A DNA stretch of 64,000 bases, taken from Candidatus Amesbacteria bacterium (lineage in GTDB: Bacteria; Patescibacteriota; Microgenomatia; CAZETR01; Amesbacteraceae). Made by a program: the position numbers and the translations under genes. Below, piece by piece: positions 63,697 through 64,000 of this stretch; position 1 is the first letter of the stretch, and each line of letters begins with the position of its first letter. The stretch is from the NCBI GenBank assembly GCA_027331445.1, contig DAHWUD010000002.1, positions 77,018 through 141,017 on the forward strand, written 5' to 3'. Under the pieces are notes generated by a model. It saw only the letters and a program-made list of their open reading frames with translations, was not told where the DNA came from and did not search any database.

Positions 63697-64000
63697 CCCA
63701 CCGCCCCCTCCATGGACAGGTTAATTAATTGGTTCAGTTCCACCGCATACTCCAGCGGCAATTCTTTGGCAATCGGTTCAATAAATCCGTTGACCACCAG
63801 CGCCGTGGCCGCCGCCTCCGACAACCCCCGGCTCATCAGGTAAAACAGTTGTTCCTCCCCCACTTTAGACACACTGGCTTCATGCCCCAGAGTCACCTCC
63901 CGTTCATTTACAATATTAACTGGATACGTGTCCGACCGCGATTTTTTATCCAGTATTAAGGCATCGCACCGCACAAACGATTTACTCCCCCGTGCTCCCG
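63693..64000 (-). CDS. sufB: Fe-S cluster assembly protein SufB, C-terminal part (N-terminus beyond the window end)
   Basis: ...[16 protein letters not shown]...[13 protein letters not shown]...[24 protein letters not shown]. The frame stays open upstream of the GTG listed in the track. Confidence 0.8.
   Translation of the reverse strand, partial: GARGSKSFVRCDALILDKKSRSDTYPVNIVNEREVTLGHEASVSKVGEEQLFYLMSRGLSEAAATALVVNGFIEPIAKELPLEYAVELNQLINLSMEGAVG

Overview
The window is a gene-dense, GC-rich (roughly mid-50s %) bacterial chromosomal segment with very short intergenic spacers and many 4-11 nt gene overlaps. The gene content suggests a small-genome fermentative, monoderm-like organism of CPR/Patescibacteria type: class I aldolase, archaeal-type short TIM, transketolase split into N and C subunits, a type IV pilus operon without a secretin, and a SipW-type signal peptidase. 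I found no rRNA, tRNA, CRISPR, transposase or integrase. Main blocks, left to right: (1) nrdR-nrdJ (class II RNR, N-terminus at the left edge); (2) a cell-envelope block with two tandem class A PBPs, a GT2 and a GT28 glycosyltransferase; (3) a glycolysis/pentose-phosphate block (PfkB kinase, class I FBA, split transketolase interrupted by an antisense GT-C glycosyltransferase, LOG, rpe, gap, pgk, rpiB, tpiA); (4) uppP, a polysaccharide deacetylase, an alpha-glucan phosphorylase and an atypical P1-type ATPase; (5) an accessory-looking island holding an ATP-grasp ligase plus a tasA-like / sipW / tasA-like-RTX locus, in which SipW is fused to a cognate-type cleavage motif and a lamin-tail domain; this is convergent with an 8-gene type IV pilus operon (pilB, pilC, five pilin/pseudopilin genes and a LytR_C protein); (6) tspO, msrB, msrA, plsC and efp - unknown - epmA; (7) a P3A-type ATPase; (8) a fermentative energy module: FNR-like reductase, ADP-forming acetyl-CoA synthetase fused to a second FNR-like domain, 2-oxoacid:ferredoxin oxidoreductase alpha/beta, ferredoxin, nitroreductase, group-3-type [NiFe] hydrogenase small and large subunits, maturation protease and hypC; (9) sufB(partial)-sufD-sufS-sufU at the right edge. 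The most notable non-coding signal is an identical 19-nt element, set in hairpin-flanked leaders, upstream of both nrdR and the transketolase N-subunit.
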